A stretch of DNA of 58,291 nt, the filler included, from Sluysia triapertura (Eukaryota): NCBI GenBank assembly GCA_046118255.1. It is 4 parts of 4 records of this genome, joined end to end, with 100 filler letters (N's around TTAATTAATTAA, not from the genome) between each part and the next. Parts side by side here need not be neighbours in the genome. Positions count along the whole stretch, not along the records: positions 13,958 to 25,863 come from JBJNIA010157714.1; positions 25,964 to 41,976 come from JBJNIA010212921.1; 2 more parts are not named here. The stretch is one strand, 5' to 3'. The translations under genes were made by a program, and so were the position numbers. The number at the start of each line of letters is the position of its first letter. The first letter of the stretch is position 1. Under the pieces are notes generated by a model. It worked only from the letters and a program-made list of their open reading frames with translations. It did no database searches and was not told where the DNA came from. Below are positions 13,858 to 27,059 of this stretch, piece after piece.

Positions 13858-13957
13858 NNNNNNNNNNNNNNNNNNNNNNNNNNNNNNNNNNNNNNNNNNN
13901 NTTAATTAATTAANNNNNNNNNNNNNNNNNNNNNNNNNNNNNNNNNNNNNNNNNNNN
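13858..13957. other. Artificial contig-joining linker N44-TTAATTAATTAA-N44
   Basis: Exactly 100 nt; the palindromic 12-mer gives stop codons in all six frames. Identical at three places in the window. Confidence 0.97.

Positions 13958-14020
<63 letters not shown>
13958..14020. repeat. (TTA)n microsatellite
   Basis: Direct reading; located at a contig end. Confidence 0.95.
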
Positions 14021-14024
<4 letters not shown>

Positions 14025-14556
14025 TATCATTATTACTACTGTCACTATTATTGTATTATAGTTATAATTATAATTATTATTACTTCGTTTGTTTTTATTG
14101 AGACGTCAGCGATTTATAATAGTAAAACTGATTTATTTAATTAATATCAGAAGTTAATTCCTTGTAGAATTGACAAAAATAAATATAAAACTAAGTACAA
14201 TACTTTGCGAAATGAAATTAAAAGCAAATAAATTCTGTTTTATATAAAATATTGTTTACAAATAAAGCATTACATATATTGTGGTTTAAAATCTATAAAT
14301 GTTTTCTATTTGTTCATTTTAAAGAAACTGAGAGTCGTTTTTATTTTATTCATACTTCATCTCTCAAATCAAACATGAGTTAGAACTACGATTTTCCAGC
14401 ATTAAAATCATTTAATATTAGTGAAAATATTGTTGCGTTTTTAGAGTTGAACAAAAATAATTTTAAGAGAATTAAAAGTAAAATTGTAATTGAAATATAT
14501 TTTATTGTTCCTATTATATGATTTCATTTTTAATTTAATATAGATATAATGCTTAC

Positions 14557-15182
14557 AAAACAATTTAGTTTAACATAGTTTAAAATAGCCTCTTCTTAAA
14601 ACATATTGTTATATATGATTGGAATGAAAATCTTGCCAGATAGAAAATAATATTTATTTAACCAGTAACGAAAACATGTAAATTGAGAAATATAAACAAA
14701 ACATCATCTTTAACCAATCATCTTTAAACATCATCTCCCATTTCTCTCATCATCAACGACGAAATTACCAACAATTATTCGCAGACAGTTTCTAACGAAA
14801 TTAATCTTCTTCTCAATTCCATCTTTCCACAAAAAATACGTCAGCTTTTTCAAGTTGCTCCGCTTAAACTCCGTCATGTGCCACAAAATAATATCTTTTA
14901 AATGATAGCTATCTGAAAAAATTATTTAATTATAAGTTAGAAATTAGACATTTAAAAAAGGATTTAATAATGCACTAAAACTAAACATTTCTTCATAAAA
15001 CATTGAAATTTTTCAGATTTACAGACGATTCATGTTTTGTTTCTATTTTCAACTTACATATTGTCTTTATTAATTAAATATTATTTTCTATCGCTCAAGA
15101 CTGTCGTTCCAATCCTATATAACAATGTTTTAAGAAGAGGCTATTTTTCAAATCCTGAAACTATGTTAAAATAAATTGTTTT
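14557..15182. mobile_element. Foldback/MITE-like element with ~100-bp inverted arms
   Basis: 14557-14656 (aaaacaatttagtttaacatagttt aaaatagcctcttcttaaaaca...gatagaaaataatattta) is the reverse complement of ~15075-15182. Confidence 0.75.
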
Positions 15183-15359
15183 ATTTTTAAGTATAAACAT
15201 TGTTTTATAGAATTTTCTATCAATATTAAACTATGACGAAATAATTTTTCAATTTAATTGGTGAAAATAATAAAATAAAACAGTGAATTTGAATTAAAAA
15301 TCCTAAATAATTTTAAACAGATTAGAACTCATCACATTTAATTCACAAATAAAGAAAAT

Positions 15360-15920
15360 TACGGAAGCATGGTAAGAATAGACATACGATTCCATTAAAA
15401 TTACAATAAAAGAACGAATACTAACAACACACACATAACTGAATGCATATAAATAATAAATAAATTATAATATGGCCAAACCAATATATAGATGAAATTC
15501 TCCATATTATCACGCTACTAGATATATAATAATCATTTAATACAATAAAATACACAATTATATTTGGTTTATTTTCTATTATAAATTATATTTTTGCGTG
15601 TTAAGAATTTAATTTAATTTTCACTTCAAAAAAAGTTCCAAACAAATTTTCAATGACATAATTAATAATTATAAATCGATTTGATTGACAAAAGTTATGC
15701 TAAATAAAATTACCCATCATATTATAAAGTATGACGTAATAAAAACCATAAAAAGATGATTGTAATATGTGAATTATCGTGATAAAATGGCCAATTTCAT
15801 CTATATATTAATTAATTCGTTTTTATAATATTAGTTGACCATATTATAATTCATATATACATATTTTGTGTTAGTTTGTATTTGACTATAATCGTTTATA
15901 TTTTTTCCTTCTTCCGGTAT
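15360..15920. mobile_element. Second foldback element with ~150-bp imperfect inverted arms
   Basis: Paired blocks aattataatatggccaa / ttgaccatattataatt; perfect 17-bp aatatatagatgaaatt / aatttcatctatatatt; ttatcacg / cgtgataa. Confidence 0.7.
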
Positions 15921-17099
15921 ACCCGTTTGAGCCGTAATGTTTTTTTACTTGCTAATTACATTATATGTTTCTTACATACTAATTGTGATTATCTTTATTT
16001 ATTTCTTGATTTCACAATATTTTAAAGCAACTGAGATATCCTTTTAAAATTACTAAGATTTGTTTGTATTATTTAAGATTATTAAGATGTTTTTAAAATT
16101 ATAATTTTTATTAATGTACTATAAATATTATTACTATAATATTACTCTCATTATAATTATAATCATTATCATTATTATTATTATTCTCTTACAACAATAT
16201 TATGTTATAAATTGTTTCTTTGCTAAAATATTCATTATCCCTTTATTTTATTTGAATTTAGTCTTTTTATTTATTTCTTTAATGATGAAAAAGTAAGATT
16301 AATTGACTGTTTTTATATAAGACTGTTTCTTTATATAAATATTAAACACAAAAATCAAATCGGATTTGAAAATAAAACAAAATGAAAGTTATAAGTACTT
16401 TCAATATTATCTGAAACTACTGAATCGGATTAATTTAGGAAAAAACAAAAAAAACATTTTAAAAAGTCAATATATTTGGAAAATAAAATTAAATCTGAAA
16501 ATTAAAATTAAGAATTTCGCTAATTTTAAGTAAAATAAGCACAGAGAACCAGTTTCAAAATTAAAGTGATATTACATAAATAATTCAATTTATTATCAAT
16601 TCATAGATAGTTAAGTGATTTTTTAATATTTAAATAAAATTTAAATAAAAAGAACAGATATATGTATGTAGAATAACTTGTAAGCGGAGGACTTTGAAGT
16701 TACAAGTATAAAAATGGTACGACAATATAGAATATATGGAGATTAGATACAAAGATAGATCTAAGTATCAAATATTTAGATTCACAGAAACACCTGTTGA
16801 AACAAATCCAGTTCAATGTGATCGAATAATGTCAAGTAAGCTTCGAACTTCTTTGGAATGAAAAAATAGTTATCCAGAATGAGTCAACAATAAAAAAGTT
16901 TTACTTCATCGAAAAAGCAAGGAAATCATTGATGAATTTGTGGTAATACTTGTTTTGATAATAACTAATATTTAAAGATCAGCGACAGTGAACTTTTCGC
17001 TTCTGAATCCAAAATTTAATACTTAAATGGTATAAAGCATTTAAATCTTAGTTAAAAAAACCGTTTAGAATCGATAGAATACATTTAAATAAAAATATT

Positions 17100-17730
17100 G
17101 ATTTTTATACTATATCTTTTTTGTACATAAAAATCCAATACTGTTTACAATTATATCCGATAGATGTTCAAAATTTTGTTTACCTAATCAATATTTAATA
17201 AATGAAATTTTTCATTAAAATGTTCCAACAGATGGTCAAACTAATCAAAACACTATTTACATATTTTAAAAATAAAAAAATAAAATTTTATAAGCTTTCA
17301 TTTATTTACTTAATCACCTTCATAAAATGTATAAACTTTTTAAAAATAATTTTAAAATGAATCAAATAGTTACGTTTTTTGATTTAAAAAACGAAACAAA
17401 TTCACATAACCAAACACAAGATTTGTTCGAGATTTTTATAAACCCAGTTTTCATCACAGGTAATAAACCATTTCAGAAATCTTTTATTTGGCATTGTTTT
17501 TTCTAGTATGATTCCATAAGATTCAATATGCAAATTTTTTATTTAACATTATTTTCTTGCTAAAGAAATGAATAAAATTAAAAGTCCGAGAACACCTAAT
17601 GAACAAGTACTTAGTTGCAGAACATACTATGAAAATCCCTAACCGTTTTTCAGTAAAAATTAAATATTATCCTAAAACTAAACCGTTTACACCAATTTTG
17701 AGCAGTAATTTCTGTGACTTAAATATTTTT
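17100..17730 (-). mobile_element. Degenerate mariner transposase remnant
   Basis: Minus-strand fragments EITAQNWCKRF (HTH), RFLKWFITCDENWVY (first catalytic D, cf. FL.RIVTGDEKWV.Y) and LTICWN (cf. MLCIWWD). Confidence 0.7.
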
Positions 17731-17951
17731 TCCTTAAAATGTAGCATTGGAATTTGTTACAAGATTGTAAAATGAATAAACTTTTAAGGTTATGAGTACT
17801 CTTTATTTTATAGTTACTTTATGTCAATAGAGAATATTCACATTTTTATCTCTAAAAACGCAAAATTTAGACTATGGCTAATAATTTACAACATTAATAT
17901 AAATATTTTGGCATGATGAATCGCTTCTATAGTAAAATAATGTTAACTTAC

Positions 17952-18182
17952 ATCTAGTAAATTCTTTGAACATAACTCTGCAACTAAAGCCCCATTATGA
18001 CCATCAAATAAACCAAAGAAACTCCACTTTTCAAGAGAGTTCGGCAAACTGGTTGAAATAAAACGCTTATCTTCCATGTAAAGGCGACGACCCTGCATTG
18101 CTGCATACCCATAACATAAATACTCATTACAATTTGTTTCTGTAATTTTATTACAGTTTGCAGTTACCAAAGTCGATCCCAT
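17952..18182 (-). CDS. Exon 1 of protein phosphatase 2C (PPM1A/B-like)
   Basis: MGSTL...YGYAAMQGRRLYMEDK...WSFFGLFDGHNGALVAELCSKNLLD followed by donor gtaagt. Contains the PP2C motifs MQGxRxxMED and FDGH.G. No later exons were found in this contig. Confidence 0.9.
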
Positions 18183-20936
18183 TATAAATTACTACTAATC
18201 GAAAATTAAACTATATAACTTTATTAAAAAATAAAATTAAAATATTTTTTTCAATTTAATCATAATAAAATAAATAAAAATGTCTTAATTAAATTCAATA
18301 ACAATAATTAAATTTTTTCATATGAAAAAATAAAATTTCAATACAATGTACTTTTCATTTTAGTATATCGTCAAATATTTTTAATTTCATTTTTAAAATA
18401 AGAATTATATAAAAACCTAAATACAATTTGTAAACTAGACTAATTAAATAAAACTATACAAACATATAATTAGTTTATGAATTATTAAAACAAGAAATAA
18501 ATATCAATTTTTAGATTAATAAATTTTTATATTAATATTGTAATTATACATAAATACATTAATATTAATTTTTTACAAAAGTGTTTTTTATTTAAAATAT
18601 TTGTTTTTTGTTTACCAAAGATTTTTTAAATTTTAAATAAGGTCGAATTATTTGAACATTATTTTGAAAAAACCAAAGCGGATCTAACAACAAAATAGTT
18701 TAATATAAAAATAAATGAAGAATTCGTAGAATTATTAAGTGTTTTGAATTTAATGAATCGCGTAAAATTAGTAATAACCAATAGTGATACTAATATTGTT
18801 ACTATTATTAACAGTAAGTGAACGATTAGATATATCTGATTATTTATTTACTTTCAAGCTAGAAGTGGATGTTAAAAGTGTATATGTAGAAACACTGTGT
18901 TGGGATTACCCAACCGTTGAATAGGGAACGAATAAGTAATTGATTGAACATTATAGACGTAGTTGGAGTAAGAATGATGAAGATGAAGACTTCGATAAAC
19001 ATTATGGGAATTGAAGGATGATGAGATTGGTTCAAGAAGCATTTTGAAGACTTAAAATACCTTGAGTTACACTCTAAAAAATTAATAAACATGTTGCAAT
19101 GTACGATTCCGATTCAATGCAGAGGGATCTTAAATTACGATTTCTAAGTCTGAGTTGCAAGACAAGTAAAGTTTATATTGTTCATACATCACTCAGATGT
19201 AAAGCGATGACTATGTTTGCGTACTTAAACAAGTCAGCTTGGCAAATCGCACATGGCAATTTAAAATGCAATAAATATATCATAACCGTAGATCAAATCC
19301 AATATTAATTAGTAAGTGCTTGTAATATTTAAATTTTAATTTGTAAGTGCTTGTAATTCAACATAAATCGAATAGGTTTTTAACCAAATATTTTATATAT
19401 ACTAACTCTTAAGAACCCTAATATAATTAATAAGGTCTTTACTTAACTAAGTGTGAAAAGTTGTACCACATAATATCCGTTTTTAAATGAGATTAAGAAA
19501 CTCATGGGTGATTGGAAGATGAAAATGTGAGAGTTTTAAAGATTTTCAATTCAACAAAAATTGAAGTACGCATGCAACCAATGTTATAATAACAATATTT
19601 TATTATTATTATTATTGTTGTTGTTAAGCACCACAATAAAATCAAATAGTAATAAATTTATTAAATAAAGTAATATTATCATTCATAATAAACATCAATG
19701 TATCCATGGCGTACTTTATAATAGCATTTTGTAATATGATAACCAGCATCAATTGTAAATGTAATTGGTGAATACGAATCATACATATTGACAACTAAGT
19801 AGCATTTTCTAAATGGAAATTAATGACAACAAATTTCAGATTAAACTTACGTACAATCATTACTTAACTCAATATCTGCATTTTTAGCTTTGTTACCTAT
19901 TAAATTTTTTTCTAAACCTAATATTTTGAATGACTGAACATCCATTTTTGCTTCTTGTTTTTCTTAAATTAAAATAAATTTCAATAAATTACATTTCTCA
20001 CTTCCACAACTCATAATTGTTTAAGTCACTTTAATATTTAATTATTTGGTATCATTAACTTATATTTTAAATTAAATATACAAACATTATTGATTAAATA
20101 CTTGTTGTATTTTAGACAATGAAAATCGTGTATATACGAAAAAAATAATTTTCAAATGTGAGTTTAAATTTGTTGGATTAAAATATAAAAACGTCTTAAT
20201 CATTAACATAAAATAGATTTATTTAAATATATAAATATTAATAGAATATTTTTCTATTTTAAATTTTAATTTGAAAGGATTAAATACGGAATTTAATTTC
20301 GTTGTTTAACTTATGTGAAAATTTAAATTATTGACATTTCTAATTGGGTATGTTATTTGTTTAATTTTCTCATTTAATTTGCAAGATTTGTTTTTCATTT
20401 GTTGTCTTTGAAGATAATGGAGAAGATTATATTGATGATGATTTGGGAGTTAACCATTGTTAATTAGTATATGTACCAATAATGACATACATGCCAAAAA
20501 TATTATTAATAATTGTATTTTATCATTGTCAGATTAATTGCGGAAATAATATGTATCGTATTAAATTTTATGGTTAACAAAAATGTAGAATTATTTAACT
20601 AATGAATATTATTAGGAATGTTATTACAATATATATTTTGTAAATAATGAATTAATTATATTAATACCGTATAATGTGCAATAGCTATCAACTTCATAAT
20701 TATCATGTTAAACCTCTGGAGTTAGTTGTAGAAGAAATTATTAGTAATTTTGTATCCAAAAAATTTATTTTAAATTATGTTTAATATGAAAAGTTATTTA
20801 ATTGCTACTTTTGAGACCAAATTACTTTAGTAACTTGGAATTTTTAGTTTTAGTAATTATATATTACGTTGATTAAAATTAAAAATATTATAAATGGTTT
20901 TAAAAAAATCAATAAAGTTACTAATTATCTTCATAG

Positions 20937-21579
20937 TTATCGATATAGTAATACGAATTCTAATCATTTGAATTATTTAGAGATGATTGTAAATTTTTCA
21001 AAACAATTTGATAGCATCGTCGAATTTAATAATGTATTTAATAGTCACTTCAGCGACCGCCTAAAATATCAATTAAATTCGGATGATGTACTTGGTATAA
21101 TTAGTGTTATTGAGATATTGAAAACAGCGAACAAAAGTCAATTGGATTGGATCGCTAATAATCAGTGTCATTTATTTGATTTTATTTATGACAATTACTT
21201 AAAAGAAAACATTTCTGTTTTTGATGGAATTATAATAGCTAGTTTATCATTGTTTGGTACCTTATTGAATATTAATACAGAATTAATTCTTCGGAAGTAT
21301 AGAAATTTTTTAAACATACTTGGAAACCGAATGTATGCAAGTTCAGATAATTCATTTATTGTTTATTGCATAGAAGTAGTTGCTTCATGTTCAAGGAAAT
21401 CTATATGCAAGGAGATACTTGATAATCAATATGCATCAGTAATGTCCATAGTACTCGATAAAATATGTTTCTTCGTCAAACAATCGCCGATGATAGAGAA
21501 AGTTCGTTCTCTAAGTGCCTTAGCAATTTTAATGGATTTACCAGATGATTCTTTTATTCCAGCAACTAATATTAGTAAA
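20937..21579 (+). CDS. PSMD5: Internal exon of 26S proteasome assembly chaperone S5b
   Basis: DDVLGIISVIEIL resembles EDVLVRATCIEMV. IEVVASCSRKSICKEILD...VLDKICFFVKQSPMIEKVRSLSALAILMDL resembles VDTVGILGSNVEGKQVL...[30 protein letters not shown]. Donor gtaagt at 21580; 5' boundary uncertain (20937 or 20981), with small upstream exons probable in 20400-20900. Confidence 0.7.
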
Positions 21580-22049
21580 GTAAGTTTATATAATTTCAAT
21601 ATTGTCTTTTCTGATGAAGATTTATATTTTGTTCTGAATTCAATTATTTTTAAAACTATATTATGTTTATAATTATAATAATTATTAGTAATATTATTAT
21701 TAATGGATATTAATATAATATCATGTCTGAATTAAGAAAAATAATAAATTCTCATGACATGTGTCATGCAGCACTTTAGATACCAAACCGTAATATTTTA
21801 TCAATATATCTTTTTTCGCTTTGTTGTATTTATTATCTATTTTACTTATGTTGCAATAAAACTTTATATATTATGTTAATTGACATGAAAACTTGCTCTC
21901 TATTTTGTCTAAATTAAACTAACTTCGAATCTTGTTCACTATGAATGATTAGTACTTTTTACTTCAAAATCATTCGTAAACTTTAATCAAAATAATAATC
22001 TGTACTAAAATTAACCATCTTAACTTATTATTTATTAATAGTTAATGAT

Positions 22050-22250
22050 TTTTATTCACTTTGCAAGTATTCGAAATTCTTAATGAAAATAATATTGATA
22101 CTTGTCCTCTTTAAAAACGGTTACCTTCAATTCTCTTAAAGTTATTAAAATTCATTAACACTTAATTTTAATACCTGAAATGAAAACAGTCTTTATCTGG
22201 AAATCGTAGTTTTACTCGTCTGTGATCTAAGAGATAGAAGTGTTAGTCGA
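22050..22250 (-). repeat. Dispersed repeat, inverted copy of ~14340-14500
   Basis: ctggaaatcgtagttttactcgtctgtgatctaagagatagaagt resembles revcomp of acttcatctctcaaatcaaacatgagttagaactacgattttccag; aattctcttaaa is also shared. Confidence 0.6.
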
Positions 22251-23399
22251 ATTCAAATTTCATTTCTAAGTCTCAAGGTGAAATAAAAATTTAACACGAT
22301 GTATGTAAAACGGTAAAAATATTATTGTGAATCTATATATATGACAAAAATAAGTAAACCACATTTGATTAAAGCGATCTGTAAAATTTTAGAATGAATC
22401 AACTTTTAAAATTAGTTTCCTTTTTAGTTCAAATAGTTTTGTATTAATTTAAAAACAGTATGTTGTACTTACTCTATTCGCAATAATCAATATGAGGCAA
22501 ATACCCAGGATTGTTTATAGTGTTTATATGTCTATTATTCTAACCCAGACATTTAAACAGGAACAGAATTTTTTCGACGAAAGTCCAAATAAAAGACGAT
22601 TAAATTCTAAGATCACCGGTTGATTGTGGTTGATTGTCCCTACAAAAAGTACTATTGCCTTAAGCAAAATAAAAAATTAAATTTGTGTTAACAAACTTGT
22701 ATATAACATTTTAAGTAATGGGCATAAGCCTAAACAATCTAATAAGTGTTTAATGTATAATACAGATTAATTTATAACTACCCAAGTGACTCTATTGAAG
22801 TTCAGTTAATATTAATTTATTAGTAATCAAAGTCAATTTAAGTGGTTAATCAGAAAAATGAGTTGGGATTCACTGCAATATTTATAATTTATATCAACTA
22901 TATTTATAATTTATGCAATATGATATGTAATATCATGTTTCTATGGTTTCCATGGCTATACCTGCAAAAGTTCTGTGACCGGAAGAGTTTACACTGTTTA
23001 AGAATTGTATGACCTTCCGAAGAAATCTCCACCTCTATAAATATCATGCACCGTAAGATATGGATATCATTCATATTGTATGACAATCTGAGGAAATATT
23101 ATTTCCAAATGATACCAATCTGATCTTGCAATGAAAGTGATGCTATCTATTATTAAGTATTATTAAATAATAATAGAAAATTATCAACATCCCAAATCCT
23201 ACATATTAAAGACTGGTTAATTTTTAAAAATAATAAATAATTGACCTCATATTCTTAATATACAAACACATTTCTTAAACATTAGTAAAATCTATAATGT
23301 AAAAACCCATGATATTGATACGCAAATTTACTGATAATAAAAGCTTAAACGACAAGAAAAAGCAACTATAAATATTTGTGCGATAGCATAGTGGGTCAT

Positions 23400-23650
23400 G
23401 GATGAACGAAGCGCAGATGCTTCCCTTCTCGTAGAGGGTTGTCTTGTCTTTGCTTTGTACATAATCGATCCTTTGAGAAACAGTTTATGTTTATATCGCA
23501 ATATTGCCATCTTCGGTGGAGCTGGTTTGCCGAAATTTTCATTTAAGTATTGTTACACAGTTCCCATTTTCTTACCTGAGTGGTTACGCTCGTATACCCA
23601 CACATTTGCAAGCAACCTTTCTTCCAAACTGCGAGTCAGTAACAGCCATC
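23400..23650 (-). mobile_element. Degenerate N-terminal HTH (DUF4817-like) of a Tc1/mariner transposase
   Basis: SLEERLLANVWVYERNHSGKKMGTV*QYLNENFGKPAPPKMAILRYKHKLFLKGSIMYKAKTRQPSTR, with a degenerate GRP-like end and an internal stop. Confidence 0.6.
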
Positions 23651-24642
23651 TCAAATAAAAATTTATTAATGTGACAAATATTGGTGAAAATTAAAATATC
23701 CTTGTAGAATCCGTAGGTCCAAGGATATTTCTGATACATTTTATTAATTTTATTCATTACAAAATATATTTTAATAAAATATCTTATTATAAATTCTCTT
23801 TAATAAACCTTGATAACTTATGATAAACTTTATAAACTTTAAAACCTTCAAAAAAGCATAGTTAATATGTCTTTAAAATGGTGCTGTTGTGTGACAGAAT
23901 TTGCCCAGGTAAATAATGACCTTCAATAAATAAATAAATGCGTTTATTATATAAAAATTCAAAATTTCTAAAAAAAAAAACAACTAAAAAGTTATAAACT
24001 GGAGCTTCGAATTTCGGTTGTAGAATAACTAACAACTTTTTGAGATCGTCAAGCACATAAAACTTTTACTATTCCTTTAAATTCGTAAATAGTAGATTTG
24101 CGCAATCAAACAAAAGTCATTTAGTTATAAAGTCGCTTAGCGTCACAGAAGGTATAACCATTTCTTTACATTGGTAATTTTTGGTACTAGCGAATTTAAT
24201 TGTTAATTTAATTGTTAAACCAATTTTCGACTAATTATCAATAAACTCTTATTAATTTATAAAAGTTTATTCGAAATTTGAAATTATTTAAGAGTGCTGC
24301 ATTAATATCTACATAGAATTTGGATATGTTTTTAAAATTTTATTGGTACCAAGTTTATTATCGAGAACGATCCAATGTTGAATATGAACTTTATCATAAA
24401 GTATCTAAAAAATTTTAAACAATAAATTAAAATTATTTTACATTTGAAATTTAAATATATCTTCACTTGTTTAATAATTAAAATAAATATTCCTTTAATG
24501 TTTGTTAAATTTGTTCAATTTTTAAATCTGTAGAAAGTTTCATTAAAGATTTTCTTCCAACTTATAATTTAATCATCTTGTCAAATAATTTAAGCATTAT
24601 ATGAAAACAATTAAAAAATTAATTAAATCCTTAATCTAAAAA

Positions 24643-24978
24643 ATGTCGATTATAAAACTAGCAAATCTTATTAATCTAAAGGAAAATAATTTATCAAATA
24701 CGATAATCATTATGGATAATGCACCTATACATAAATCACATCTTGTATCTGATATATGTGTCAAGAATAATCATGAAATAAATTTATTACACCGTATTAT
24801 CCACAACTTGATCCAATTAAAAAAGTATTTTAGAAATGGAAAAATATCATAAAATATGCATATTGTCAAACTTGATTGAAAATAATGCAATCAAGTTTGG
24901 ATATCAGTTGAGAAGATTGTAACTCAGATTTTAGACATATGTGCGAAAATTTAATCAGAGCAATTGACATTGAACCTT
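24643..24978 (+). mobile_element. IS630/Tc1 (DDE_3) transposase C-terminal remnant
   Basis: IIMDNAPIHKS, then frameshifted PYYPQLDPI..VF*KWKNIIK (cf. PPYSP.LNPIE..FS.WK). Confidence 0.8.
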
Positions 24979-24982
24979 TTAA

Positions 24983-25080
24983 CACGTTGAATGTCACGCT
25001 AATTTTACATGGCTTGCCCATATGTGTTTCTAATAATCTTGCTTCGCCGGTCACCGGTGACCCCCATGGCATTCAACGTG
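24983..25080. mobile_element. 98-bp piggyBac-type MITE
   Basis: TTAA on both sides; 16-bp TIRs cacgttgaatgtcacg / catggcattcaacgtg (14/16 match). Confidence 0.85.
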
Positions 25081-25863
25081 TTAAATGAAGATCTTTTGTA
25101 AATTTATTGCAATTTTATTAAAAAGTATGAATTTTGGAGTTTTTATTACTGAATAATATATAAGCACTATAATTACAATATTCTAATTAATTAATTAAAA
25201 AGATTAAGTTAATTATGGATTAAATTATATGAAAAACCCTGTAATTGCCCCGCGCGCAGCTACTACATACATTGTATCAAATTCGTCAGGCGCATTGGTC
25301 AACCCGTGTAAGGAAATAAAAGGCATCTCTGATGATAGAGCAAAGGTGTTAATTCGGACTTCAGTTTACACTCCATAGCAAATGAATTAGAAAAGAATTT
25401 AGGAGTATGATTCTCAACACAGAATTTATCAAGAGATGAATAAAAGATTTTGATTTGGCTGATTGTTCTGGCTTGGGGTATTTTGACTCGATGTGTGCTG
25501 GATTACGAAAATAAAGTTTAAAATTTACATAAAAAGGAAAATTCACAAAATTGACTAACTTCATTTAATTTCACACGGTATGGTGTTCATTTTCTTAGGA
25601 AGTGTCTGAGCCATCGTTATTTGGTACGGAATTCTTTATATCATTCTCTTTGCCTTTGTTGGATGATTGTTTGGGTCATTGTTTTACTTAGTATCGGAAT
25701 CTTCATGATATCATCGTCTTTATTCTAGGATGTGTTTAAGTAGTAGTTATGTTTGTTTTATTAACATCATTTGATTTACTTGATATTGAAATCTTCGCAT
25801 CACCATTGACTTTATCTAAGTCAGATTATTTATTAAATCATCGTTATCATTGTATTAGTTCAA

Positions 25864-25963
25864 NNNNNNNNNNNNNNNNNNNNNNNNNNNNNNNNNNNNN
25901 NNNNNNNTTAATTAATTAANNNNNNNNNNNNNNNNNNNNNNNNNNNNNNNNNNNNNNNNNNNN
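25864..25963. other. Artificial contig-joining linker
   Basis: N44-TTAATTAATTAA-N44. Confidence 0.97.
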
Positions 25964-26745
25964 TTTAATCAACTACACCAACGCTAAATCATTTCATTAT
26001 ACACTCACCGCAAAACCAACTACACCAATTTAATCACACTCCACATATACATATTTATCGTAATCATCACCAATAACAATATCACACTACATCAAGATTT
26101 ATTTCGTAATTATCACTAAAGATTAAGAATAACTAAAACCTTTTAACAAACATTTCAAATCTAATGCATAGACCTTGTTTTCAATTTACAAAATATAAAT
26201 AAATTTCAATAAAATTACCTTTAACACTTTCCATTTCACTCAACCATAATCTTTACACATTTTCAAAATAAATTTTAGACAACTTTAAAGATTTTGTTAT
26301 CTTACACTGTGAAGCAACAACTACAAATCATGCATTGTATATACTCATAGCCGTTGCTACTTCACAGTCTTTTATTCACTTTATGTATCTTTTATTTTAT
26401 TTTATCATTTTATATGTAAGAAGTGAAAAAGGTAAAAAGAACACTTAATGTAAAAGATTAAAGAAATTAAAGACTTTTATGCATATTTATTAGTTTTATA
26501 ATTATTATTATCATTTTTATTATTATAACTTTTATTATTATTATTATAATTATTATCATTAATGTTATTACCAAATTCATTATTTACACTATTAATTTTC
26601 ATTTAATTTTCGATAAATCAGTCTTTACCGCCATCAGCACATCTAAAATCATTTTAAAACGTCATTACTATGTCAGTGCTGATGACGACTGACCAATATT
26701 AAAATTTAAATCACATAAGCTGCCAGAAAAATCTAATTTACTATT

Positions 26746-26799
26746 ACCCAATCAGAGTGAACTCAACTCTATTTACACTCAAAATACTCTGATTGGGTA
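26746..26799. promoter_or_regulatory. Inverted pair of CCAAT boxes upstream of the 493-aa ORF
   Basis: tacccaatcagagt ... actctgattgggta, a perfect 14-bp inverted repeat. Confidence 0.5.
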
Positions 26800-27059
26800 G
26801 GCAGCATTTTAGTTAAAATTAGAAATAGTAATATTCACAATTTCATTGGACGACAAATCAAAGTGAGATTTTTACAATTTAATTTACAAACACAATTTTT
26901 CTGATAGACTCAATAATTTTCAACAAAAATTTAGTATAAGCACAGTTTAATCAACAATTTTTACAATTATACTAGACAGAATTGAGAAAACAAAATAAAA
27001 AGTGATTAATACAATATTACAGAAATTTAATATCAAAATTGGTTATCATTAGTCTTTTG

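Noticed and set aside
13902-13913. TTAATTAATTAA as a biological motif or CRISPR-like repeat
   Set aside because: It is an assembly linker embedded in N runs.
15088-15120. QDCRSN resembling the next EML exon
   Set aside because: It lies in a foldback arm on a different contig, has no YGYRG and is followed by an immediate stop.
16114-16296. Short poly-Ile ORFs (also 36964-37164, 41702-41899, 10052-10390)
   Set aside because: They are translations of ATT-type microsatellite or low-complexity DNA.
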